From positions 4,311,361 through 4,375,360 of the forward strand of contig CM074805.1 in assembly GCA_037447605.1 (NCBI GenBank): 64,000 bases of DNA, written 5' to 3'. Below the pieces are notes generated by a model, which ran no database searches, had not been told where the DNA came from, and saw only the letters and a program-made list of their open reading frames with translations. Shown piece by piece: positions 36,601 through 53,100 of this stretch. The DNA is from Zygnema circumcarinatum SAG 698-1b. Taxonomy: Eukaryota > Plantae > Zygnematophyceae. Within the stretch, counting starts at the first letter, position 1, and each line of letters opens with the position of its first letter. Made by a program: the position numbers and the translations under genes.

Positions 36601-39600
36601 GAAAAGTTAGACCTTCCACTGTAAGAGATGAGACCCCATTGCTTTCCTGAATATCGGGGAGACATTTCACTCACCTTCACAAGCTCTGCTGCCATGGCTG
36701 CTGCGTTCTTCTCCATATCGGAACTGAACTGACCGATCCATGTGTAGATTGTGCCCGAGGTTTGGAGAACAAAGCAGTCCGACGAGCTCAGTGACTTTGA
36801 TGTCTGCAAAACGAATGGCCTGATGATGGTTAGTTGATGCAGCGGCACAAAGCTTAAAACAGACAGATGTTACCAGAGGCCCTTAGTTCTTAATTCCTGA
36901 TTCTTCCAATACACGGCAGAGGTGAAACAGGCATAGTTCTTAATTCCTGATTCTTCCAATACACAGAGGCAGAGGTGAAACAGGCATAGTTCTTAATTCC
37001 TGATTCTTCCAATACACAGAGGCAGAGGTGAAACAGGCATAGTTCTTAATTCCTGATTCTTCCAATACACAAAGGCAGAGGTGAAACATGCACTCACAGG
37101 CTCCACTTGCGTGATACGAACTCTGTCTCCAGAAGCTCCCTTCACATGTAAAAGGGCCATAGAGCCTGGTGTGTACGTGTCATCCGCTGAGCCCACAGCC
37201 TCCTTATAGTAGCTGCTGAGGCCTCCCTGCAACCCGAGCCCAGTTTTTCAATTCCCATTCTTAATAGAACTTTCAAAAAAATATCTGCTGATATCTAATA
37301 CTTCTACAAGATAAAGCTGGCAGCTCTGGATGTTTAGCAGCACAATTTTGAAGAAGTCAAAAGGACTACAACAGACAACATAACTAACATACCTTCAGGA
37401 AAAGGAGATGCCCCTTGAAGAGAGAGAAAAACTGCTCAGGCTCCTTCCCTTGGACTACGCGAACCTGGACAAGACAGCAAATGGAGGTCCCTGAGAGGCA
37501 ACAACTTTCAGGAATGAATTCCTGCAAGCTGGGGACCTCTACAAGAGTAATCTCTGGCTCAACAAACGACATTATTACTAGTCGCAATGATACTCTTTCA
37601 GGCAAGTGGATGAGTGCAGGTGGATGAGTCCTCCTCTTAATTTCGTTTATAAGCTAGTATGGCACATAGACTGTGCATACAAGTGGGATAGGAACTTACC
37701 AGAATGTGCTGTCCACGTAGCTGGTCGGCCATCTTCGTAGCGAGTATAGCTGCTGCACCCTTTGACTCCTGCAATACACACAAAAAATGCGCAGGCAGAC
37801 ATCCGTCCTTAGAGGTGCTAAAATGACATGTCATATTTTTACTCAGAAAGAAAGGACCTCTAGCAGATTAACCAACAGCACATGGTAATCCGGCCGGCAC
37901 AGTGATAAGCGTGAGCAGACCTGCGTGCTTTTCTTGCCCAGCCAGAAAAAAATGAGGTATTCACTCTTGCGTTCCTTGAGGAAGGTATAGAGCACAATGT
38001 AGCAGTCTCCGCTGTAGAATCGGCCAATTTCTGAGGCAGGAACAGGAGTCTTGTCCTTGCCATCAATCCGCCAGACCTACAAAAGCAAATGGAAGTAAGT
38101 AAGTAAAGGAGGCAAGACCGTGTGATAGGTGTAGCTTGAAGCTTGATTACCAAATCTGAGGCTCAACTGACAATTTTACAGTCGTACACACGTTGGAAAC
38201 CAAAGTGGTTGACTGCATGCATCAAACATGCAGCAGCTTCTCTTCAGAATCCCAATGCGTGATGCACTTGCAGATGACATTACATCGAGCTTTCCGGATA
38301 CATCTGTTAAAGGAGGGAGCTTGGACTCCTCTGCAGGCGAGGCAGATCCTTTCGCCATGGCCTTCACGTCTACGACGCCTGCTTGCTTCAGCATTCCTGC
38401 AAAAACGAACAACAAGAAACAACTTAGAACAACATGATATGCTGTCGATTCAAGGAAGGGAATGGCAAATCATCTCAGGCTGAAAGATAAGAAACGTAAC
38501 CTGATCAGTGCGATCGTAAAGGAAACGGCAACCAAGAACTATAGCGCGCTATTCATGAAGGTCAATAATCGAGCAGCAACGTCGCAAAGTAGAGATCGAG
38601 TCACCTTTCAGGCGGCTGCTTGCACCTTCCCCGATGACTGGAACAACAGGCCACTCGTCAAAGTTGGATTTGAACATAGCAGTCTCATAGCGATCTGACA
38701 CACGGGTGATTCGCGTAGATAGTGGTCGCTTCTCCTTCTTGATGAGATCCTGATGAGAGAAAAGGGGCAGTGAAAGGGAAATACCTAATTTAGCAACTGC
38801 AAAAACGATTGTACCATACGGCAGTCACGCTCCGAGTATGTGGGCCTCACCTCAGCTGCAATGCTTGCATTTTTTCTCTCGTCTAAAGGAGAGATGCGGC
38901 CGATCCACACAAAAACCTCGGCTCCACAGTCTAGCAGATAGCACTTGTTACTCTCTAGCATACTCTTCTTTAAGCTACCACTTGGAGCTTCCTTGAGGCC
39001 ATCTCTAGCAGCCCTGCACGCAGAGGGATAATGGGAAGTGTCATAAGTGCCCACTCACGGTTGTCTAGTAACATAAACACGCTTTTTTTTTCGAGTGAAC
39101 AATTGAGTTTGTGTCTCACCAAATAAGCCTTGCGGGAGTAACCTTGGCGTCCACATCGTCCTCACCAGTGCCTTTCTTCGAGATAGGGGCATAACCACCG
39201 AACTGCGCCCAAAACTCCGTGGATGCCTCATCGCCCATTTTACCATCCTCTGCAAACCATAACTAATTGATCTCATCAAAACCCAGCGACTGCACCTTGC
39301 TTATTTGTGAACTTAAAAAAAGGGGGGGAGGGGAGGGGAGAGATATTTGATATAGCAACCACTAGGTCAGTAGGTAAGAGAGCTATTTGAACCAGAGCGA
39401 GTGGCAGGCGATAGAAAGAAGCCTACCAATAATCTCAACGGGACATTTACCACCCTCATGTTCAGCCTTCAACGATATAGTGACTTCCATGGCCTTCCCC
39501 TGCTCTGTTCTGCTGCAATTCGCCCCATTGAACTGAAAAATCTTTGTGGGAGTATCTAGGATGAACACATCGGAATGGGTCAGGGATGTACGGGTAAAAG

Positions 39601-40968
39601 GCACCTGTTATTTCTCACACAAACAAAGTTATACAGAAATCAGATCGACGCCTTTGCACTGAAGTAATACAATTGTAAGGTGTGCATCGTGGACTTATCA
39701 ATCAGATACAAAGCACGAAAACGGCACCACGTCCCCCCTAATTCCTTAAACTACAAGAAGCCGAGCTGCTGCCTTAAGCTAAAAAAAATTAAGCTGTCAA
39801 GCATCTTGGTGACTGTATATGTGCCATTCTCGGATATGCTTTATGCTTTAAACAGGGCAGTTACACTCAGACCGCTAATATAGCAATTTGTCCGGGTAGC
39901 TATACAAGTGGGAACTATGTTTTTTGGGCTTACAGGTTTAATTCCAGTTAATGCATTAATCTCAAAAGTCACAAGACCAATCCTGGTTAAACTTGTAGAA
40001 GTTGAGGGCTTGCAGCATACATGCCTGCCTGACACGAACAAAACGTTTGCCCTTGACTTGATAGAGGCAGGTCTCTTTTCTCCGTTCTTCTGGCGGCTTA
40101 AAACCGGATGCTACTCCACCTGGTCGAGCAATAATGCAGGGCCGGAAGTAAGATAAAAATAGGTCCGATTCATGACCTTGAACCTCTCTGTACTGGACTG
40201 CCTTTCCTCCAAGATAAGCGTCCAGCTCCACCGTCTTGATTGCTGCCGCACCAGCCTCATCCTGTCCTCAAACAAGCAGGAATGACTTAATTTCTTAAGC
40301 TTCTGTTAAAAAAGAATGGCCCTTGCATTCTCGAAACATTGGTGTCCCATTGGGACTACAGCTCCAGCGGTGACTTTGACAAGCAAGGGGCAGGCACCGG
40401 TCAGCTACATACACTCACCTGACTTGTCTCTTTCCCAAGCCAAAAGTGAATCGCAAAAGAAAACCCGCCAGACTTCAGTGCAGTCGTCTGACAAACACCA
40501 CATAGCCAGCTTGTTAGAGTCGGTCCAAGAGCTATAGACACTCCTTCTGATAAACTGCTTGATGGAGGTTATTGTGAGGAGATATTATCATTTCTTGTCA
40601 TTTCGTGTTGAGCACTCTGGCTGAAAAAAATTTCACCTTCAGAACAATGTAAGAATCGCCGGTATAAAATGTGCCATAACTTGCTTTGGGGATGCTGACC
40701 ACCCTAAGCTGCTCAATGCGCCACATTTCAATGCCACTGAGGATAAAGAAGTGAAGGAAACAGTTTGCAAGCAAAAGAAAATGATTCGTGTGGAGGTACC
40801 AGCGCGCAAAACTTAAGCAGCCAAAGCAAGATATTTTTAGAACTGCAGGCACTTGTGAACTCCATCAACCGAAACAAAATAATGGGATCAATTACATAAA
40901 GGATACGCTTTCGGGCTTCCCAGAGCTAGAAAGGCAGGGTCCAACTCTTTAACATTGATCTGCGACAT
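33646..40968 (-). CDS. VLN: Villin (gelsolin repeats, Pro/Glu linker, headpiece); 22 exons, about 1010 aa
   Basis: complement(join(33646..33759,33941..34233,34409..34790,34925..34990,35273..35398,35614..35754,35956..35966,36426..36573,36675..36803,37098..37226,37393..37464,37700..37768,37921..38076,38284..38396,38605..38749,38851..39013,39120..39249,39427..39604,40025..40261,40419..40487,40637..40736,40907..40968)) = 3033 nt. Motifs: [35 protein letters not shown], headpiece [16 protein letters not shown]. Confidence 0.93.
36884..37091. repeat. 53-bp tandem minisatellite, about 4 copies, in a villin intron
   Basis: Unit TAGTTCTTAATTCCTGATTCTTCCAATACACAGAGGCAGAGGTGAAACAGGCA; the first copy is 3 nt shorter. 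Confidence 0.93.
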
Positions 40969-41735
40969 TGTGGCAGTCAAGGAAGGCCCTGCAACAAAGA
41001 TAGGAGCAAGCACAGGGATCAGCGAAGAAGGCAATGCATTATAGCAATTCCAAACTTTCTGTTCAGTGAATACGACGTCTGTACTATTTCAAGCAAAGCA
41101 CAAAATCTCAGTAAAGTTGCCACCACTTGAGGAAAAAACCAAGTAATGCGAAGACATGCAGAAATGCACCCTTGGTCGCGGAAAACTCTCCATATCGGCT
41201 AGCATCCTCTCTATTTTACAATGAGTTTAAAAATTAGCTCAAACAGCAAGAAGCTTACAGGCACACGAGCAGAATTTGAAACGTCTCTTGCTGAATGCTA
41301 CAACCAACTGAAGTCGCACCGCGATTGATATTTCTGGAAAGATTTAGAAAAAAACTAGCGCAACAGGTAACCAAATTCACATTATACGCAAAGCAAAAAT
41401 CTGATTGTCTCCAGCAAAAGTTAAAAGCTTTCCTTATGAAGGGGAGGGTGACAGCCGCTCCCGCGAGGGACGACGGGGGAAGAATGAACCAGCAGTACCT
41501 CAGAAGGGTACCAAAACTGACGGACGTAAAACCTTCCTCGAAGGACGTATCGGATGAAAAGGTAAGCTTTCGGAGGACGACAGTCTGGTAGGTGTCGACG
41601 TTCTAGTAGGCCACGTGTCGTGCTCAGAATGGCTGGGGGGGCAGGAACGGCCGGCTGGTCCCTGGGAGGTCGCCTGCAAGTTCGGCAGTTGGCAGGCGGA
41701 CGGTCCCTCATCCTCATGGCGGAGTCGCAGGCATG

Positions 41736-41887
41736 CCATGGTGTCATGGCATCCATCGGCCATGGTGTTATTGCATCCATAGGCCATGGTGTCATGACAT
41801 CCATCGGCCATGGTGTCATGACATCCATCGGCCATGGTGTCATGGCATCCATCGGCCATGGTGTCATAGCATCCATAGGCCATGGTG
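41736..41887. repeat. 24-bp CATG-rich tandem repeat, about 6.3 copies, between villin and ELP3
   Basis: Unit CCATGGTGTCATGGCATCCATCGG with few substitutions. Confidence 0.92.
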
Positions 41888-42504
41888 GAGGCGCTTGGAG
41901 ATGGCAGGGACAACTGTGCATGAGAGTGCCCGCATCGGCATGGCATTGCATGACATGCCCATCAACCGCATGGCATGATGTGATCAAAGAAAGTCGCAAA
42001 TCGCAAATGCCATAGCCCATGGGCAAAGGGACAGTGTGGCATGTTGGTTGTGGTATGTGCAAAGCATAGACATGGCACATGAGCATGGGTGACCTCGCAT
42101 AGGTTGCTGAACCTGCTGCTACTACCTGCTACCTGCTGCAATTGCTCAATGGAGGGTCCAAGGGTCCATTACCTTACCATCCTCAAACCCCCACACGGAT
42201 CAACTTTTCTTCGCCCCCTTCACATTCTTTTCTGCAATTCTCCCTTGAATCCTTTGCATCGTGCACTCCCTTTCGGCTCTCCACAGCCTCCTCTGCTAAG
42301 GTCCTTTCAACCTACAAATTACACTAGGTCCATGAAATCCCATAACATTGCTAAACACCTCCAACACAGAATTTAGGGTACCCGATCAAACGGCCAAGCA
42401 GAGAAAGGCAGCAGGAGTAACCAAGGTTGTGCAAGGCCTTTTGCTTTGGAAAACTAAAATGTCACTGTACAGAAATAGTTTTCCCCTACTTCATTCGTCA
42501 CCTC

Positions 42505-46650
<4,146 letters not shown>

Positions 46651-46892
46651 TGCTGCCACTTCCTGCCTGCAGGCTCCTCTTCCCTCCTCCCAGCACGCAC
46701 CAAGACGATGAAGGCGAGCGAGGCGCCGCCGACCAAGCCAGACAGCCTGCTCCGTGCATATGCTGCTGCCCCACTTCGAACTGTAACTGAAACTATGACA
46801 TCGCTACTTACAGTGCATATGAACAGTAGACCTGAGACGAAATGGAGCACGTACCTTTCCACGCTCCCGTTTTCTCCCCCTGCAATGCCTTC

Positions 46893-46930
46893 CATGCCAT
46901 GCCATGCCATGCCATGCCATGCCATGCCAT
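46893..46930. repeat. (CATGC)n pentamer array in the ELP3/VPS15 divergent spacer
   Basis: About 7.6 copies, followed by CATGCA at 46931 and 46951. Confidence 0.9.
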
Positions 46931-47132
46931 CATGCACGCAGGCGGCATGCCATGCAGTATAGCCGGCTAGAGGCCTCGCGCCTGAAGGCTCAAGGAGGAG
47001 GCTGGAAGGCTGGAAGCTCGGCCTGCAAGCGCTTGTTCTGCACTTTTTGAGGGCTTTCTGCTCTCCTTGAAAGAAGGGGAGGGGTGGCTCCCTCGGCAGG
47101 CTAAGGTAAGGGTGCACAGGCGGGGAGCTGCA

Positions 47133-50100
47133 ATGGGCAACCAGCTCGCCAGCACGAAGCCTGTCGCCTCGCCGTCAGACTATGCTCTTCACGAGCTGCC
47201 TAACAATGTGGTGTATAAGGACACTCTTGGAAGCGGGCGATTCCTAAAGACGTTGCAGTGCTTCCACGACGAAGGCCTGGTCGTTGTGAAGGTCTACTTC
47301 AAACGCGGAGAATTATTCAATGTGAAGGTATTTGCACGTGTCCCACGAGGGGGATTTTCTGGTTTAATTTGGGAGTGTATCTCGTCGACGAGATTAAAAT
47401 GATCTCATGACCGTCTCGGAATGATTGATGAATTCTTGCAGGAACATGAAGAACGTCTTCTTGAGATTCGCCAACAGCTGTCAGGGTTTGAGCAATCACA
47501 TGTTTGGCCATTCCAGGTTCGTTGTTGGAATCTCAAGCTTTTATTAAAATATTAATAACCTATTTATTTACGAATGAAATTTCTATTTTTTGAGAGATGT
47601 GGTGCTCTATCCCTCATCTTTGAAATGTCATTAGACGTGACTAGCATCCACTTATTCATTAAGCAGGTTACTGGTCACTACTAGTAGTCTATTTATGCTT
47701 TGATAAACCTTCATTCGAACAAATGGTGGTCTCTTCTGTGGCGCAGAGATGGCTGGAGACAGACAAAGCGGCTTACCTCTTGCGGCAGTATTTCTTCAGC
47801 AACCTTCATGACAGACTCAGTACTCGTCCCTTTTTGAGTCTCATGGAAAAGAAGTGGCTTGCGTTTCAGGTACTGTGACCTCTGCTTCTCACCTAAATAA
47901 TCATTCGGGCCTGTCTTTTCTCACTTAAGGTGCCGGAAGTCCTCCGCCTAGTCAAGCAATCTCCTTTATCTCCAAGTCTATTGGAAATACTTTTCGTCCT
48001 TCAAGCTTAGACTTCTGAAGTCGAATGAGTGAGATGTGATTCGCAAATTGTGCATCTCCTAACTTTTAATACCGCAGTCAAGTTGTGCTCTAACGGATGC
48101 AAACCTGCGAACTTTTCCAATGGGAAGCAGCCACTTTTCTAGGAGGTCTCAGTTTTACAATTAACATGAACATGGCCCGCGCGATTCTTTCCTGTCTTCT
48201 TCTGACCTCTGCTTTATAATGTCGTTTATGGAGTACTGGCATTAGTCCCTCACGGTTATCGACCAACTGAGGGCAATAATGATTGATTCCTGTGCAGCTT
48301 TTGAAGGCAGTGGAGCAAAGTCACGATAGGAACGTTTGCCACGGTACTTTGCACTTCCACCCTTGCAAGTTAAACAATGCTCTTGTGCTATACATAGTGC
48401 AGTGCACACAAACTTGGATAGCGGGAGTAATACATAGAAAGCCTTTCATATTTCCGTCGTCCTACTCCTAGTTTATTGCTCGCGTATAATATGCATGTAT
48501 TGGCATGAGAGGCGGTGGAGGGAATGTTAAGCAGCCAACCAATCCAGATAGCCTTGTCAAGAAAAGAAGGATGAAAGTAAGAAAGATGAACGATGTTCAT
48601 GCTGGGAATGTGGCACAGGCGACATCAAGTGTGAGAATGTGCTGGTGACGTCCTGGAATTGGCTGTATTTGACCGACTACGCCTCATTTAAACCGACTTA
48701 TCTGCCAGCCGACAATCCTGCCGATTTCTCGTTTTTCTTTGATACTGGAGGACGAAGGCGATGCTACCTTGCGCCTGAAGTAAGCTTCAGCATCCAGGAA
48801 GCACACTGCCTTTCAAATAGTATAGATTGATGTCGATCTTAGTACGTTATTCTGCAAGCCCACGGGAGAATGGTATGTTCGGCCAAATGAGACTGAATTA
48901 TTCCGGCGAAAATACTATTGATGACCGTACAGAGTGTCACTGCTTAACTGTATGATGTACACATAATCATTCCCATTGTTGTCCATATCTTATTCGTGCG
49001 TCCCTTCTACCTTTTTCTGGCCAGCTAAGGAATAGTTGGCATGGCGCTGCGTACGTTGCTGTCCGTCCCTTAGGATTGCAGGACTTTGTTTTCCCTAGGT
49101 GATGTATCTTTTGCACGGCCTTGTCCTTCAGAGATTTTACGATCCAGGAGATCCCAATTCAACTGCGGTCAACGCCGCGCTTTCTCCAGCCATGGATGTA
49201 TTTTCTATGGGGTAAGGCGCCTGGCTCATGATGCATGGTTATGTGGGTGACTAATGGTTTCGAGACGTCTTTTCTTTTGCGTGGTAAAATAATGAGGGAA
49301 GCTTTGCAAGTCCTGACCATGTGAGTTATCCTGTTTGAACACGCTTTTGCATTGGTGCTCCACTCGCTGATCATTTAACATCGTGCAATGGCACTTTGCT
49401 CTGTCTGATCGTCCAGCCTCCACTTCTAGTCTCCACGTGCCCTTGCTTCAGACAATGCAGGCGATTAGCCGTGATAGAATAGATAGTTCGGGAGAGAAAC
49501 TGCAGCATCATTCTTGTTGTATGGGGATCCCTTGGCTGCAGGATTTGCACATAATGCATTCACTGTCTCATTGGAAGCGTTGTAAAGTTCAACCCCAACT
49601 GTTCAGTAGCGAGAAGCTGGTCCTTCTGCAGGCCTGCCAGTTGATCATGTGTGGTTGGCCTTTGTTTAAGGTGTGTGATAGCGGAGTTGTTCCTGGAGGG
49701 ACAAGCACTATTTGACCTCTCAGCACTGCTGGCCTATCGCAATGGCAAGCACGAGCTTCAGCCCCTTCTTGCGAAGGTATGACTCCATGGCCTGTTTTCT
49801 GTATGGTGCTGGAACTAACCAATTTTACTCACTTTGGTAGTAGGCACTGTTTTCCATGTACGGCGTGACTTAGATTAAGCCTGCAGTGGGCCTGGAAGTC
49901 TTGGATTAAGAAACAACAGCAACCTTATTACTGGCATCTTGCTGATTCTTATGTGTTGCTTTCATCGGAAAGTTATGTGTTCTGTGTCTAAGGGCTTTGT
50001 GTTCGCATGTATGTAGGTGTTCATCGGACTGTTAGTGTCTGCCATTGTTTGCAGATTCCAGATGTTGGAATACGTGATATGGTTGCACACATGGTTCAGT

Positions 50101-53100
50101 TAAGCCCCGCTCTCCGCCTCAGTGCAAGAGGATATCTTCAGACATGGGCCCCACAAGTCTTCCCTTCCTACTTCTCACCATTTCTCCACGATTTCTTTTC
50201 TGGAATGACTACTATGGACGTGGATGCCAGGGTGAGTTATTGACAAAAGTGAAAGAGGAGGTTTCCCCCCAGAAATTGGGAATGGGAGTCTTAAGTTAGG
50301 AGTTCGTTCCTAGCTTTCATCTGGGCTCATATTAACTTTCTTAGGCACGGTCCATGTATCTCTCCTCTTAAAAGTGAAAGTATTTGGTTATTTATATACG
50401 ATAAGTGGGGCAATGCTATGTGCTAAGGTTTTCTTAACAGATAAAGCCCGATCGATGGCCTTCGACCTCCCAGCTTGAAACGGAGAACTTGTCAAACTGT
50501 GCATTTAAAGTATGGATGTAGGTTGCTCCTCTTAACTTTTGAGCATGTACTGATGTGCGATGTTTGGCTTACCATAGGTGGCAAGAACTCTTGAGGCCTT
50601 TGGTGAGATTCACGAACACATGTTGGCAGATGCACTTCAAGTGAACAAGTCCCATTTGCGAAATCTGGAGATGCTTCATATTCAAGATTCAGCACCAAAC
50701 TCCAGCCAGTCTGTTGAAATGGGGGCAGGCGTAGACTACATTACTGCAAGCAAAGAGAGGGCATTTGCACACAACCATGTTAAGGGGCAGATGAGGGGCT
50801 TAGAGACAGATGGACAAAACGATCTCATCACTGATCTTAAGAAACTTCTTGGAGACACAGAGCGGCTTCGAGCAGGAGCATCAATAATGGCTGGACCTTT
50901 TTCAACCGTCGATGACAGTATTGGCAGTGCAAGAAAAGGGAAAGGTCAAGACAGAGAGAGTAGCTCAAATAGTACCCGCAGTCGAAAGCAGTTGGTTAAC
51001 TCAGGTGGTTTTTTAAGCGGTCCTGCTTTAGTCGAAAGTCGAAACGAGCCTCCAAGTCATGGCTTTCAGAAGACTATTGCTCTGCAAGATGCATGGCATC
51101 CTGAACTGGGAGGTGATGGAGGAAGAGATGGAATCCTCGCCCAAGAAGATCGTCTTCGGGAGTTTTCAAAGCTTGATTTTGCAACACGTCCGAAGAATCT
51201 TGCAATAGCATTTGTTGAAGCAACGTCTGATGTTGAGGAACTTGTTATGGAGGAGGTGAGAAGTCACTCCTTATTGTCCCTGTTGTTGTAGGAAAGGCAT
51301 AGTCAAACCCCATTCAGACAGTACAGGCAAAACAAGAACATATATGGTGTGCCCCAAGTTCTTCGTTAGAAAATCTAGTGACTGAGTTGGACTTCTCGGA
51401 CTGTGTTTGAACCTACAAAACAACTTATAGCTCTCCAGCATCGTTTCTCGTTCAAAAGTTCACACTTTTCGATCTAGCAAGCCCGCTGCTACATTCAAAA
51501 TCCTAAGAAGATGTGGGTTATCTCGTTGACACGTCACCTTAAGGATGGACTGCACTGTTGATTATGACGACTGGAGTCTTTACTTCTTCCACTGTTTCAT
51601 ACAGGTTTACGAGTACGAGGTGCGAGAAATTGGAGCATCGTCCAATCCGCAGTCGCCTCATGCCAGCAATTCTGTGGGCATGTGGAATTCGTGGGGATTG
51701 AGCCGGCGGAAGGAAGACACGAGCTTGCCTTCAGAGGGAGGTTGGCGATGGGATGGCGAGTGGGAACTCGATCTCAGTGGCGGATCTGGAGGTGGGTCAA
51801 TGGTCACTAAGGAGCTGCATTTCGTATGCTAAGGTTTATTTTAAGGAGTCCAATGTCCTGAGGGCTTGCTTGACTGTGTAGATTTGTTTTCAAAACTATA
51901 ATTTTACCTTCCGCAAGGATCGTAAAGTAACCTCCAGGAACCGATTGTGTAATCAATCTTTCGCTTTTTCGAAATGAGTTGTAAGTTGTAAACATCCAGA
52001 ATATTACCATTGTGAAGGGAAGCAAGGCATCCTGTTGGGTAATCGTGAAGGTATTTTAGGCCATCGTTGGTACCTAAGGGCTGCAATGTTTCTTTCACCT
52101 TTCAACCAGGTCTTGGAGCTGATAAGGAAGGTTGGCGATATAGGACTTCATCAGCAAGAGAAGAGCCCTCTGAGAGTAGTGGGATGGAAGGAGTGAGGCC
52201 GGGAAGGACTGACGATTCAAAAAGTCGCAATGGCCCACTCCGAGACCGGCGGCTTGCAGGCCAAACCTCCGTCTCTGGATATGGATGGTCAAATGTTTGC
52301 ACTCCTACCAGCATGTGGAGGCAAAGGCGATGGATTCGCAGACGCAGAAGAAAACCACCCTCTCCCTCAATAGTTTCAGGTGCAGGTGAATCTAAGTTCC
52401 CTTCGGTAACATGGCCTCGTAGAGGTCAGCGACTTCCGACTGGTCGCACTGTTGGGAAATTGGGTGAGGAGGAACTCGGACACCAAGTGCGTTGTGAGGG
52501 AATGGTCCTTATTGCCGGCCTTCTATGCGGATGTTTGCGTAACCTAAAACTGCCCCAGTATCGACGAGCCTGCGTTGAACTCCTACGAGATGCTGCAGCC
52601 CACTGTGATGACGATACCCGGCTGCAACGGGTGGTGCCCTTTGTTGTCTCTCTGCTCTCTGACAATCGCGATGCATCGAACCTAGATAGTCCCGCGGTAG
52701 TCAAATATGCGGCATTGTATGCGCTAGCGGATGTTCTTGACATGGTGCGTTCGTTTCCAGCAACTGATGCCAAGATTTTCCCAGAGTATCTTTTTCCTTC
52801 TTTATCGTTGCTTCCTCAGCACAATGAGGAGACTGTGCGGGCAGCTTATGCAGATAACATCTCTAAGTTTGCGGAGTCTGCACATCGGTTCCTGATCTGC
52901 TCATCGCATGTTAGTGGATTTGTACATTCGGAAGAGGCGGGTAGCAAACTATTGACGGAGGCAGGACTTCTGTCTAGTCCAAAAATGACAGGGGGCAACG
53001 GAGTTGTAGGAGGGGAGGTTAGTGTTCTCCAACGCCAACAACTGCAGTCGCATTATGATGTAGAGTTGAACAACTTAAGGGACGCTGTGAAGGGGGTTGT

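Noticed and set aside
36884-37091. CRISPR-like regular repeat
   Set aside because: Head-to-tail 53-bp units with no unique spacers, no cas genes, and a eukaryotic intron context.
41421-42086. ORFs with MTPWPMDA or GHGVMASI repeats
   Set aside because: Translations of the 24-bp tandem repeat in intergenic DNA; no supporting gene structure.
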